Sequence record: ON568341.1
Source of the DNA: Escherichia phage UE-S1
Reading direction: 5' to 3' (one strand)
DNA: 64,000 nucleotides
Notes under the pieces: model-generated
The model's database searches: none
Told to the model about the DNA's origin: nothing
What the model saw: only the letters and a program-made list of their open reading frames with translations
Translations under genes and position numbers: made by a program
Shown: one piece after another, positions 17,423 through 27,197 of the stretch
Numbering within the stretch: the first letter of the stretch is position 1
How the letters are laid out: each line of letters begins with the position of its first letter

Positions 17423-17664
17423 TGGATATTGAAAAAGTATCATCTCGTGCAAAACAACTAGCTGACACGTTGGGAGTAGAGTTCAAAATTCCTGATATCA
17501 CCATCGCTAAAGAAAAAGCACAGAATAAAATTAATAAGATGAAAGAATATCTATCTAAACAGGAGCAATATGATTCTGCTGTAGAATTTATTATGAAATC
17601 ATTTAGTAAAGATGATATTTTGGCATTCATCAAATATGTGAAGGTTTCTGGTAACCCTAAATAA
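17422..17664 (+). CDS. hypothetical protein
   Basis: ATG at 17422 overlaps the upstream stop (TAATG); track start is a TTG at 17413. Confidence 0.45.
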   Translation: MDIEKVSSRAKQLADTLGVEFKIPDITIAKEKAQNKINKMKEYLSKQEQYDSAVEFIMKSFSKDDILAFIKYVKVSGNPK

Positions 17665-17709
17665 CAATGAAGAACAAAAGTTCTTCTTAACAATTTGGGA
17701 GATACTATT

Positions 17710-17949
17710 ATGCTCAGTTTTCGTGAACAATTAGCAAAAGGTCAAATTAAGACTCAAGCTCAAACTAATATTCCTAAAAAATCTGCATTTTTGGGAACAA
17801 TTACGGAAGATGGATATTGTGACTATGATGCACCAGAAGATTCATGGTATATTACAAAAGACACAAAACGTAGTAATAGACTTCACAAAAGTACAATAGC
17901 TAGAAAGCATCGAAAAGAATTGAAAAAAATTCGTTTCGGTGAAGAATAA
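17710..17949 (+). CDS. hypothetical basic protein
   Basis: ATG at 17710 preceded by GGGAGA; track begins at a TTG 15 nt upstream. Confidence 0.45.
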   Translation: MLSFREQLAKGQIKTQAQTNIPKKSAFLGTITEDGYCDYDAPEDSWYITKDTKRSNRLHKSTIARKHRKELKKIRFGEE

Positions 17950-17964
17950 TAAAATATAAATTAA

Positions 17965-17992
17965 GGACTCTGTGTTTGGAGTCCTTTCTTTT
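17965..17992 (+). terminator. intrinsic terminator
   Basis: GGACTC tgtgttt GGAGTCC followed by TTTCTTTT. Confidence 0.55.
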
Positions 17993-18003
17993 CGGAGAAC
18001 ATA

Positions 18004-18480
18004 ATGATACATGAGCACCGAGGTAATCTGTTTGAATTGTTCAGTACTGTAACCGATGATGAAACTGCATTGCATATTATTGCACATGGTTGCAACGCCC
18101 AAGGTAAAATGGGTTCTGGTTTTGCAAAAGAACTAAGAAATCGTTACCCAATGGCATATGATGATTATAAAGCATATGAAAAGGAAATGGGATTTCTAAG
18201 AACTGGAAAAATTGCATATTCTTCGGTAAGTGATGATTTACTTATTGCAAACTGTATTACCCAACAATTCTACGGGAATGATGGTAAAAAATATGTAAGT
18301 TATGATGCAATTGATGATATTTTCAAAGAGATAAATTACTTATGTAATATTGAACGTAGTGTTTATGTACACTTTCCGAAAATTGGAGCCGATTTGGGTG
18401 GTGGTAACTGGAACGTTATCAAAGAAATTATTGATCACAGACTGGTCAATGCAGAAAAACACTTATATATTCTAAAATAA
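18004..18480 (+). CDS. macro domain-like (ADP-ribose binding/processing) protein
   Basis: LHIIAHGCNAQGKMGSGFAKELRNRYP matches the macro-domain spacing h-VNAAN-x-G-x-G-GV-x-A-x-x-x-x-W/YP; 158 aa. Confidence 0.5.
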   Translation: MIHEHRGNLFELFSTVTDDETALHIIAHGCNAQGKMGSGFAKELRNRYPMAYDDYKAYEKEMGFLRTGKIAYSSVSDDLLIANCITQQFYGNDGKKYVSYDAIDDIFKEINYLCNIERSVYVHFPKIGADLGGGNWNVIKEIIDHRLVNAEKHLYILK

Positions 18481-18500
18481 TCAAAAAGGACTTGACAAAA

Positions 18501-18809
18501 ATGACTATGACCGTTAAACTACTAAACATCAATAACATTGGCCCAGTACTAGCTGTTCTTCAAACTGATTCTGCTGAAGCAGTGGTAGTTAACTACCCAG
18601 CACAATTAGGTACTGATGAAAATGGTGAAATCATTCTTCGTGATTATCTAGAGTTTGTTAGTATGGAGAAAAATGTTATTTTTTATAAATCCAACATTAT
18701 TAGTGTTAGTGATGCAAACCCTGCATTAGTTGATGCTTATGTTGATGCTATTAAAGCAATCGAAGACACTCCAAAAGTTTTTGTTCCTGAGAATAAAATT
18801 ATTCTATAA
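18501..18809 (+). CDS. hypothetical protein
   Basis: ORF track (TTG at 18492); ATG at 18501 with AGGA upstream. Confidence 0.45.
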   Translation: MTMTVKLLNINNIGPVLAVLQTDSAEAVVVNYPAQLGTDENGEIILRDYLEFVSMEKNVIFYKSNIISVSDANPALVDAYVDAIKAIEDTPKVFVPENKIIL

Positions 18810-18823
18810 TAGAGGTATATAAA

Positions 18824-19201
18824 ATGGCTGTTAATGACGTTAAAGTAAAAACTATTCAAGCTATCGTAGTACTGAAAGATTCAACTCCATCTCCAAAAGA
18901 ATTGGTAATGGCTGGGATGACAATGCTTCATCAATACAATCCTGAATCACCAAATTATGTTCAAGAATACGAAGCAAAGCAGTTTAAAGAACATTGGCAG
19001 TCATGGATTAAAGATAATGAAATGGAGCAAGTTGTTTATGCTGCTGATGACATTTTCGAATTAGAACAAATTGAATATCTAGCAGGTCAACAATCTGTGC
19101 CGTTGAGTATCTTCGGTAATGGTGAAGAAGTCTTAGTTCTAGGACCATTCACTGCCGATGTAATTACACACTTACTAAGTAATTGTGAAAAAATTGGCTA
19201 A
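18824..19201 (+). CDS. hypothetical protein (weak, unverified resemblance to PTH2-type peptidyl-tRNA hydrolase C-terminus)
   Basis: ORF track; C-terminal VLVLGPFTADVITHLL vaguely resembles the PTH2 TVLGIGP..VTGHLKL region. Confidence 0.4.
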   Translation: MAVNDVKVKTIQAIVVLKDSTPSPKELVMAGMTMLHQYNPESPNYVQEYEAKQFKEHWQSWIKDNEMEQVVYAADDIFELEQIEYLAGQQSVPLSIFGNGEEVLVLGPFTADVITHLLSNCEKIG

Positions 19202-19412
19202 ATGCTTAAAATTATCAGGATACCGAAACAATACATTGATGTTAAATAATATAAAGTATTGGGTTGATCCATACTTTAATAATTCATTGTTAATGTACAG
19301 AGATAAAAGTCGAGATTTATACGGAATATATGTTACACAGTTAATATATGCTATAGATTCAGAACATTTTACTCCGTTGGTATACCTGTACTGTTTGTAT
19401 AATTCAGAATAA
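19185..19412 (+). CDS. hypothetical small protein (GTG start, weak)
   Basis: ORF track only; no clear RBS. Confidence 0.25.
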   Translation: MKKLAKCLKLSGYRNNTLMLNNIKYWVDPYFNNSLLMYRDKSRDLYGIYVTQLIYAIDSEHFTPLVYLYCLYNSE

Positions 19413-19464
19413 GTATTAGCACCTCTAAATAATGTATATATAAACATTAATGAGGTGCTTTTTT

Positions 19465-20256
19465 ATGTCTTACAATTATATGGGTGGAAATCCAGATGCT
19501 CCTAACTTTGATCATCGTGAAAAACTGAAAGATGTTATCACTCAAATGTTGGGAGCAGGTGCAGTTGAGGTAGAAATTACTGATGGTCAATTAGAAATTG
19601 CAATTGATAATGCTGTATCAAATTACAGAGCGTGGAGTTCTGCTTCTAAAGAAGAAGCTTTTTTAAATATGAAATTTTATGATTCACAATCTGTATATAT
19701 GCTCCCAACTGAAGTTGAAATAGTTAAAAAGATTTACCGCTATGGTAATGGTTATTTAAGTTCTGGGTCAGGTAACAGCGTAGACCCATTCTCATTGGCA
19801 TTCACGAATACATATCTATTGACGTCGGCTAGGAATGCAGGTGGATATGATCTAACAACTTATGATTTCAGCTTTCAATTTCAAGAATTGGTTGGTCGTA
19901 TGTTTGGACGTGAAATTATATTCCAATTTAACCCAATGACTAAGAAACTTATTATTGATCGTGATATTCGCGGTACAGAAGAAGTATTACTACATGTGTA
20001 TCATAATATTCCAGAACCATTATTGTTCCAACGTCAGCAAAGCTACCCGTGGCTTCGTGATTGGGCATTGTCTGAAGCAATGATTATGCTTGGTCGTAAC
20101 CGTGCTAAGTTTGCTAGTTTGCCTGGACCACAAGGGACATTTTCAATGGATGGTGATACATTAAGAAATGAAGGTATCCAATTACAAGAACAACTAAAAG
20201 AACAGTTGAAGCGATATAAAGATGGTGGAGAACCACTTGGAATGATTATCGGGTAA
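19465..20256 (+). CDS. hypothetical protein, possibly virion-associated
   Basis: ATG at 19465 after GAGGTG; sits just upstream of the structural block; no diagnostic motif. Confidence 0.45.
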   Translation: MSYNYMGGNPDAPNFDHREKLKDVITQMLGAGAVEVEITDGQLEIAIDNAVSNYRAWSSASKEEAFLNMKFYDSQSVYMLPTEVEIVKKIYRYGNGYLSSGSGNSVDPFSLAFTNTYLLTSARNAGGYDLTTYDFSFQFQELVGRMFGREIIFQFNPMTKKLIIDRDIRGTEEVLLHVYHNIPEPLLFQRQQSYPWLRDWALSEAMIMLGRNRAKFASLPGPQGTFSMDGDTLRNEGIQLQEQLKEQLKRYKDGGEPLGMIIG

Positions 20257-20284
20257 ATTTTAAACATTAAAAAAAGAGTACTAT

Positions 20285-22279
20285 ATGAATAATGAAGAAT
20301 TGAAAAAACTTTTGTTGTCAAAACATATTAATTCATGGGTACATTTATACAAAGGGGACTCTCATGTGAGAGATCTCCTTTCTGTTTTTGGAATAGAACC
20401 AAAAACTGATTTCGAAATATATAAAATTCTATATATGTTCATGAATGATATAACAACAGTTCCAACTGCATATTGTGGAAAAAAAGCAAGATACAAAAAT
20501 TTTCAAAAAGGATTTTATAAATTTTGTGATGATTATGTAATTAATAAGAAAAATACGTGTAATGTATGCCATGAGATGTATTATAAAAATCGAACTAATA
20601 AAACAAAATCAACATTAATGAATATGTATGGTGTATCTAATGTATCCCAGATCCAAGAAGTAAAACAAAAGAAAGAAAAAACTAACATTGAACGTTATGG
20701 TGTCTCTACTAATTTACAGACAACAGAATCTAAAGAGAAAATCAAACAAACTAATATAGAGCGATATGGATGTGAATATCCAAATCAAAACCCTGAAATA
20801 TTCAATAAAGTAAAAGAAACAAATTTAAAAAAGTATGGTGTTGAATTCCAAAGTAAAAGAAATGAAGTAAAAGAGAAAGCCAAAAATACAAATATATTAA
20901 GATACGGAACTGAGTATTCTTTATCATCACCGACTATTCGCGAAAAAATCAATAAAACAAATCTTGAACGATATGGTGGAAACCCACTATCAAATAAAAT
21001 TATCCAAGATAAAATAAAAAACACCAACACATTGAAGTATAATTCATTTTATCCAATGAGCAATATGAGTATTCAGGAAAAAGTTCATAATACCAATGTG
21101 GAACGATATGGTGTAAAATACCCAGCCCAAAATAATTCTATCATTGAAAAAATGAAAGAAACCACAAAAAATAGATATGGTTCAGAACACTACTCACAAA
21201 CAGATGAGTATAAAGATAAAATATCACTTGCCCGTCTAGACGAAAGATATAATATAATTGTTGCAAATATTGATAAAAACTATATTCCATTATTTGAAAA
21301 TACCGATCTGATTATGAAAGTTAATACAGACGAATACCCATTTTGGTGTGAGTATTGTGATGATTTGTTTTATAGTAAGTATAAAAATCATAAAGTGAAA
21401 TGTAAGTGTCAGAAAAATAATGGTCATTCCTTGAAAGAGAAAGATTTAGTTGATTATATAAAATCATTAATACCAAATACCGAAATCATAGAAAATGACC
21501 GTTCAGTACTGAAACCTAAAGAGTTGGATGTGTATATCCCTGACCGAAATCTAGCTATTGAATTTAATGGTGTGTATTGGCATAATGATGAAAATGTCAA
21601 TTCTACTAAACACCAAGATAAGGTATTGGATTGTTTAAAACATGGGGTGAATCTTATTCACATTTATGAAGATGAATGGGATAACCCATTAACAAATAAA
21701 ATAATCAAGGAACGTTTAAAGAATAAACTTCTAGTGTCAAATAGAATTTATGCTAGAAAATGTACTGTTAGAAATATAGACAAACAAGTAAGTAATATGT
21801 TTACTAAATCACACCATATTCAAGGTGTTGCACAAGCAAGTATTCACATTGGACTTTACTATGGAAGTGAGTTGGTTGCAGTTATGACCTTTGGTAAATC
21901 AAGGTTTGATAAAAACTATGAATATGAATTAATCAGATACTGTTCATCCGGTACAGTTGTTGGTGGTGCATCAAAATTACTAAAATATTTTGAAACAGTA
22001 TATAATCCACAATCATTATTGACATATGCGGATATGGATTGGAGTAGTGGTGATCTTTATACAGTTCTAGGCTTTGAGTTTGATAGTTATACAGAACCAG
22101 GATATTTTTATTATGACCCACAAACACATGAGAGGATTTCACGTCAGAAATGTCAAAAACATAAATTGGTCAAGAAAGGTTATGATATTAACTTAACCGA
22201 GAGACAAATTTGCTGTGATGTGTTGGGATATTATAAGATTTACAACTCTGGTAATATAAAATACACAAAAAAATATTAA
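20285..22279 (+). CDS. multidomain homing-endonuclease-like protein (tandem ~30 aa repeats, PD-(D/E)xK-like nuclease motif, C-terminal domain)
   Basis: About nine repeats of K-x-K-x-TN-x-ERYG; central LDVYIPDRNLAIEFNGVYWH resembles restriction-endonuclease-fold (DUF559/Vsr-like) motifs. Confidence 0.5.
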   Translation: MNNEELKKLLLSKHINSWVHLYKGDSHVRDLLSVFGIEPKTDFEIYKILYMFMNDITTVPTAYCGKKARYKNFQKGFYKFCDDYVINKKNTCNVCHEMYYKNRTNKTKSTLMNMYGVSNVSQIQEVKQKKEKTNIERYGVSTNLQTTESKEKIKQTNIERYGCEYPNQNPEIFNKVKETNLKKYGVEFQSKRNEVKEKAKNTNILRYGTEYSLSSPTIREKINKTNLERYGGNPLSNKIIQDKIKNTNTLKYNSFYPMSNMSIQEKVHNTNVERYGVKYPAQNNSIIEKMKETTKNRYGSEHYSQTDEYKDKISLARLDERYNIIVANIDKNYIPLFENTDLIMKVNTDEYPFWCEYCDDLFYSKYKNHKVKCKCQKNNGHSLKEKDLVDYIKSLIPNTEIIENDRSVLKPKELDVYIPDRNLAIEFNGVYWHNDENVNSTKHQDKVLDCLKHGVNLIHIYEDEWDNPLTNKIIKERLKNKLLVSNRIYARKCTVRNIDKQVSNMFTKSHHIQGVAQASIHIGLYYGSELVAVMTFGKSRFDKNYEYELIRYCSSGTVVGGASKLLKYFETVYNPQSLLTYADMDWSSGDLYTVLGFEFDSYTEPGYFYYDPQTHERISRQKCQKHKLVKKGYDINLTERQICCDVLGYYKIYNSGNIKYTKKY

Positions 22280-22285
22280 TAAAAA

Positions 22286-22309
22286 AGACTCCTATGTGGG
22301 GTCTTTTTT
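22286..22309 (+). terminator. intrinsic terminator
   Basis: AGACTCC tatg TGGGGTCT followed by TTTTTT. Confidence 0.6.
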
Positions 22310-22354
22310 CTTTATCTGTGATATAATGATAATATTAATAGAAGAGAATATAAC

Positions 22355-22624
22355 ATGAATGATAATATAAATGTAATGTATAACAGATATCGTTGCGGGA
22401 AACCAACGCTTGATTATGAATCTACGGAAAAGTATTGGAAATTTATAAAAGATTCAATTGTTGATGTATTCGGTCGAGATCGTATAAATGCGTGGGCCAG
22501 TATATATCGTGATGAGCATGGAGAAACATTTTTCATTACTTATGTTTCTGTTTATAATAGTAACGAATCAATAGTTAAATTGCTTCAATGTTTGGTGGGG
22601 AAGGATTTTGTTGTATTGGAATAA
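22355..22624 (+). CDS. hypothetical protein
   Basis: ORF track. Confidence 0.4.
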   Translation: MNDNINVMYNRYRCGKPTLDYESTEKYWKFIKDSIVDVFGRDRINAWASIYRDEHGETFFITYVSVYNSNESIVKLLQCLVGKDFVVLE

Positions 22625-22641
22625 TTTCATGGAGAAATATT

Positions 22642-23268
22642 ATGGAAAGACAAATAATCGCAATTAATGGAACAATAGGAAGTGGAAAAGATACTTTTGC
22701 AAAAACATTTATTGAAAATGGATATACAAAAATGTCATTTGCTACCAATTTAAAAGACTCAGTATCTTCTATTTTTGGGTGGGATCGTGAAATGCTTGAA
22801 GGAACGACTAAGGAAAGCCGCATGATTCGTGAAAAACCGGATAAGTACTGGTGTGAAAAATTGGGGCGTGATGATGTATCCCCTCGATGGGTATTACAAA
22901 ATTATGGTACTAATATACTACGTAAGTATTTTCATAATGATATTTGGGTATTCAGTTTAGAAAAATCTATGCAAGAAGTAAATGGAAATATCATCATCAC
23001 TGATTGTCGTTTTCCTAATGAATTAAAAATGATTAGATCTCAACATGGTACGATTATTGAAGTGCAACGTGTACTTCCACATTGGTATGGATTGGCTGCA
23101 TCTTATAATAAAGGAAATATTAAAATTAAACCAGTAGAACTTGAATCAGTACATGAATCAGAGTGGGCTTGGATTGGAATAAACAAACCTGATATAATTA
23201 TTCATAATAGCAGCACATTAGATGACTTACATCAAAAAGCAATGGCGATTATTTATTCTAATATGTAA
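22642..23268 (+). CDS. deoxynucleoside monophosphate kinase (T4 gene 1-like)
   Basis: ATG 22642 after GGAGAAA; P-loop GTIGSGKDT, NLKDSV, RWVLQNYGTNILR, TDCRFPNEL and IIHNSSTLDDL parallel T4 gp1 (SGKDT, IKDAL, RRLMQALGT, DTRQDHE, ITNDGSLEEL). Confidence 0.7.
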   Translation: MERQIIAINGTIGSGKDTFAKTFIENGYTKMSFATNLKDSVSSIFGWDREMLEGTTKESRMIREKPDKYWCEKLGRDDVSPRWVLQNYGTNILRKYFHNDIWVFSLEKSMQEVNGNIIITDCRFPNELKMIRSQHGTIIEVQRVLPHWYGLAASYNKGNIKIKPVELESVHESEWAWIGINKPDIIIHNSSTLDDLHQKAMAIIYSNM

Positions 23269-23304
23269 AATATAAACAATAAAGACTTGTCATTTAGATC
23301 CTTC

Positions 23305-23312
23305 AATAAATA
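23305..23312 (+). promoter_or_regulatory. candidate late-promoter-like motif AATAAATA (T4 late consensus TATAAATA)
   Basis: 54 nt upstream of the tail sheath ATG; AT-rich background makes chance matches likely. Confidence 0.25.
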
Positions 23313-23365
23313 AGATTATACGAATATATAATTCGAACAACCAATTATTTTTGGAGGATTTTAAT

Positions 23366-26029
23366 ATGGCAGGAGATCTACTCTCACCTGGCGTGTCTAT
23401 CTCAGTAACTGATAACAGTATGAGTACTGCTGCTGCTCCAGGCACAGTACCACTATTTGTAATTGCTACTGCTGAAGACAAACTTGTTCCTGGTAGCAAT
23501 GCAATTGCTGTAGGAACTACTAAAGCAAATGCTGGAAAACTACAGCTTTTGACATCACAAAAAAGCTCACTTGATACCTATGGTACACCAATTTTCCAAA
23601 CGAATAACGGTTCTGTTGTTCAGGGGGATGAACTAAACGAATATGGTCTACATGCAGTATATTCTTATCTAGGGATTACTAATCGTGCATATGTAATTCG
23701 TGCTGACATTGATCTAGCACAATTAGCACCAAGTGCACAAGCCCCAACTGGTCCAGTTTCAAATGGCACTTTGTGGTTTGATACTGCACAATCACAAGTT
23801 GAGGCATATGTAGCTAAGAAAGACAGCCCTAGTAGTTTTTATGATTGGCAGCTTAAACCAGTCACTATTGTAAGTGCAGAAGAAGTTGAGGATGTAAGTT
23901 TAGTTGGTTTGAATGTTGATGATTTGGTTCTACGTTATAAACCAAGTAATGGTCAGATGCTAATGTATAAACGTTCCGCTTCTGGTTTGGTGCAAATGGA
24001 AACTTACCTATCCCCTATCAACAAAGTTCCAGTAGGCTCCACTGTGGAGAAAGGAAACATTTGGATTCGTGATGGTTATACCCAAAATGGGTCAAACTAT
24101 TTTGGCACTCGTTTTGTTATTAAACGTTATGCATCTTTAACTCAAGTTTGGAATATTGTGCCAGCATTTACTGGTAATTCATTCCAAGAAATTGAAGCGA
24201 AAAGTGGTGTTCTAAATAATAGTTATATCGCATCTCGCTTTGATGATGATAGCAAAAGTTTCTCTTTTTATATTCAAAGTGCAAAACTATCAACAATTAG
24301 TGCTCCTGCTTTGCCATTAGGTGAAACCATTATTGAACAAGCAGGTGATGATAGTTATATGATTTTCACTTATTTGAACAAATCTGTTAAAGTTCTAGCA
24401 GTACCTAATGGTGGTGTTATCAATACACAAACTATCATCAATAATCTAAATTCTAATGCTGAAGTAATTAACGATGGTTTCAAATTCAAACGTGAAACTA
24501 ATGGAGGTTTGGTTATCACCAATACTAAAGGGTATAGTTTCAAAATTACCCAAAGTGGTGATGATATTTTTGCAGCAGATGAACTACAAAAACTAACTGT
24601 AAACAGTAACAACTACTCCCAAATCAATCTTAAAAACTTCCGTGTTAGTTATGAAGTACCACGTAATATCGCAAAAGATGGTACATTATGGTATAATTTT
24701 GGAAACTCTGATAATTTAAATGTTACTTTGTATGTAGCTGATGTAGCAAACGACAAATGGGAGCTTGTTCAAGACGAAAACAAATATGTACAAGTCGATG
24801 AGCCAGCAGCAGATCGTACAATTTGGGTATGCCCTCTTTCACAAGGTATCGATGGATACGAATTCTATCGTAATGTCGATGGTGAATGGGTTAAACTTGA
24901 CAATACAGATCAAAGCACATTAAATGGTATGGTTTTCCATGACTTTAATACTCCATCAAAAGTTCCCGCTGCTGCATTGTATCAAAATGGTATGTTGGCA
25001 GTAGACTTAGGCAATACTGAAGGTGTTGTTAAGAAAATGGTTAATGGAAAATGGGAAGTTGTTAGTGGTGTAAGTATTGATGGTGCTGGTTTGTTTGGTC
25101 GTGCTGCACAACGTCAACTTGTCGTCGAAGCACTGGCAGCAGTTATTGTTGGTAATGATGAAATTCGTTCCGAATTTATTGATTTCAATCTAATTTGTGT
25201 ACCTGGTTATGTTGAAACTCTAGCTGAATGTGTAACTTTAAATACAGATCGTAAAGAAACTGCATTTATCGTAACTGACGTTCCTGCACGATTGGACCCA
25301 ACTGGTAATGGTAGTGCTGTTCAGAAATGGGCTACTAATGCTAATAATGCACCAAGTAATGGCCCAGTTGGTAGAACAACTGCATATGATTATGCAGCCC
25401 AGTATATGGGGTGGTGTCTAAGTACAAACGTAGATGGTATGGAAGTTGCTGTACCAGGAAGCACTATTGCAATGCGTACTTATGCATATAGTGATAGCGT
25501 TAGTTATGTGTGGTATCCACCTGCTGGTACAACTCGTGGCGTTGTGACTAATGCTGCAAGTACTGGTTTCATTAATAGTGAAGGTGAATATCAACCAGTT
25601 GTATACAATCAAGGCCAACGTGATGTTATGTATACAAACAACATTAACCCAATTGCAATGCGTCCGAATCGTGGCTTACTTGTGTATGGAGATAAAACGC
25701 TATCTGCTAATCAAACATCAGCACTAAGCCGCGTTAACGTCGCACGTTTAGTTGTTTATATTCGTCGTCAACTTGAAATTATTTCTGAACCATTCCTATT
25801 CCGTTTGAATACCCCAAGTACTCGTCAGGAATTCAGTGGTGTAGTTAATAGTTTTTTGGCAGAAATTGTTCAACAACAAGGTCTATATAATTTCGCAGTA
25901 GTTTGTGACGAAAGTAACAACACTTCTGAACGTATTGACCGTAATGAACTTTGGATGGATATTGCAATCCAACCAACCAAGTCTATTAACTTCATATACG
26001 TACCAATTCGTATTGAAAAGACTCAATAA
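23366..26029 (+). CDS. tail sheath protein (T4 gp18-like)
   Basis: N-terminal MAGDLLSPGVSISVTDNSMSTAAAPG parallels T4 gp18 MTLLSPGIELKE...NNSTGTAALAG; C-terminal RNELWMDIAIQPTKSINFIYVPI parallels RNEFVATFYIQPARSINYITLNF; ATG after GGAGG. Confidence 0.85.
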   Translation: MAGDLLSPGVSISVTDNSMSTAAAPGTVPLFVIATAEDKLVPGSNAIAVGTTKANAGKLQLLTSQKSSLDTYGTPIFQTNNGSVVQGDELNEYGLHAVYSYLGITNRAYVIRADIDLAQLAPSAQAPTGPVSNGTLWFDTAQSQVEAYVAKKDSPSSFYDWQLKPVTIVSAEEVEDVSLVGLNVDDLVLRYKPSNGQMLMYKRSASGLVQMETYLSPINKVPVGSTVEKGNIWIRDGYTQNGSNYFGTRFVIKRYASLTQVWNIVPAFTGNSFQEIEAKSGVLNNSYIASRFDDDSKSFSFYIQSAKLSTISAPALPLGETIIEQAGDDSYMIFTYLNKSVKVLAVPNGGVINTQTIINNLNSNAEVINDGFKFKRETNGGLVITNTKGYSFKITQSGDDIFAADELQKLTVNSNNYSQINLKNFRVSYEVPRNIAKDGTLWYNFGNSDNLNVTLYVADVANDKWELVQDENKYVQVDEPAADRTIWVCPLSQGIDGYEFYRNVDGEWVKLDNTDQSTLNGMVFHDFNTPSKVPAAALYQNGMLAVDLGNTEGVVKKMVNGKWEVVSGVSIDGAGLFGRAAQRQLVVEALAAVIVGNDEIRSEFIDFNLICVPGYVETLAECVTLNTDRKETAFIVTDVPARLDPTGNGSAVQKWATNANNAPSNGPVGRTTAYDYAAQYMGWCLSTNVDGMEVAVPGSTIAMRTYAYSDSVSYVWYPPAGTTRGVVTNAASTGFINSEGEYQPVVYNQGQRDVMYTNNINPIAMRPNRGLLVYGDKTLSANQTSALSRVNVARLVVYIRRQLEIISEPFLFRLNTPSTRQEFSGVVNSFLAEIVQQQGLYNFAVVCDESNNTSERIDRNELWMDIAIQPTKSINFIYVPIRIEKTQ

Positions 26030-26037
26030 AACACAAA

Positions 26038-26061
26038 GGGAACCTCGTGGTTCCCTTTTTT
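26038..26061 (+). terminator. intrinsic terminator
   Basis: GGGAACC tcgt GGTTCCC followed by TTTTTT. Confidence 0.65.
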
Positions 26062-26375
26062 ATTATTTAAAATTAAATATATTATCTATTAATCACACTT
26101 TTTTGGATATATTATGGAAGAAATACTCAAAAAAACATTACAAGAAGTTAGTAACACCGTATCAACACAGGCTGAATCATTATTGATATTAAAAGCATTT
26201 ATGGAGAATTTAGAACATTGTCGGTATTATTCGTGGTTATACTGTATACACAAATGGTAAATGGTCTATTGGAATAAATTATATAGATTATAAACAAACT
26301 AAAAAATACTTGTATTGTGTTAATATAGATTGGTTCCCATGTTAATGACATACTTGAATAAAAGTATAAGTAATC

Positions 26376-26383
26376 GATAAATA
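26376..26383 (+). promoter_or_regulatory. candidate late-promoter-like motif GATAAATA
   Basis: 36 nt upstream of the first tail tube paralog ATG. Confidence 0.25.
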
Positions 26384-26418
26384 AAATAAAGATGTCATTC
26401 CATGATAGGAGAATATAA

Positions 26419-27105
26419 ATGGCTACAATGCTTGATCGATATGGCGTGCCGCTGGCAGGTGGTGGTCGTATCTCTATGAAACAACCGAAGGCAAAATATA
26501 AATTTCGTGTCATTTTCTTTGGTTTCGGTACTAATGATGATGGTAATATGATTACACTAGACACTAATACCGTAGGTGCAGTATCGGTATCACATGAAAA
26601 CGTTACTGTTCATAGTTATAACAGTTCTGCACACTATAAAGGTAAGTACACATGGGATACTATTGAAATTGCTTTCCGTGATTCAGTTGGTAATGCTTCT
26701 GCTAAAGCACTATATAACCAAATGCGTAAAGAATTTAACTATTATAGTCAAGAATCACGTATGACCGATTCTCAATTCAAGTTCGAAATGTGGATTCAAG
26801 AACTTGATGGCTCTAATAGTGAAAATACGTCAAACCTGTTTGAAGGTACATTAAGTACTTGGGTATGTCAAGGTTGCTTTATTGAATCTAGTAACTTTGG
26901 TGATTGGGACTATTCTTCAAGTGATGCACAAGTCATTTCTATGACAGTACAACCTGATGGGTGTGCCAAGTTGGGTCCAAACGGTGAAGCATTTGGTGAT
27001 GAAGTTAGTGGTTTCGGTAATCCATCAACAGCTACTTCTATTTCTGGTGCACAAACTAATATTAGTAGCACTACACTACCAGATAGTAATTTCTATGAAA
27101 AATAA
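26419..27105 (+). CDS. putative tail tube protein, paralog 1
   Basis: Immediately downstream of sheath (synteny); N-terminus MATMLDRYGVPLAGGGRISMKQPKAKYKFRVIFFGFGT shared with next gene; no direct match to T4 gp19 recognised. Confidence 0.5.
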   Translation: MATMLDRYGVPLAGGGRISMKQPKAKYKFRVIFFGFGTNDDGNMITLDTNTVGAVSVSHENVTVHSYNSSAHYKGKYTWDTIEIAFRDSVGNASAKALYNQMRKEFNYYSQESRMTDSQFKFEMWIQELDGSNSENTSNLFEGTLSTWVCQGCFIESSNFGDWDYSSSDAQVISMTVQPDGCAKLGPNGEAFGDEVSGFGNPSTATSISGAQTNISSTTLPDSNFYEK

Positions 27106-27125
27106 TTTCATTTAAACTTAATATA

Positions 27126-27152
27126 GCCTCGAATCATTTCGAGGCTTTTTTT
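27126..27152 (+). terminator. intrinsic terminator
   Basis: GCCTCGAA tcat TTCGAGGC followed by TTTTTTT. Confidence 0.65.
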
Positions 27153-27197
27153 ATGCTAAATAAAGTATAATACCTTATAAAATAAAAAGAGGTTGCT

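Noticed and set aside
17400-17693. Minus-strand 97-aa ORF overlapping glutaredoxin and a downstream plus-strand gene
   Set aside because: Entirely antisense to better-supported plus-strand genes in a uniformly plus-strand operon; no RBS.
26114-26260. 48-aa plus-strand ORF in the sheath-tube intergenic gap
   Set aside because: No recognisable Shine-Dalgarno sequence upstream; the region more likely holds the terminator and promoter elements for the tube operon. Not excluded, but too weak to call.
26199-26564. Minus-strand 121-aa ORF across the sheath-tube intergenic region and tube gene start
   Set aside because: Overlaps the tube gene start and its upstream motif; low-complexity hydrophobic translation; opposite to the local transcription direction.
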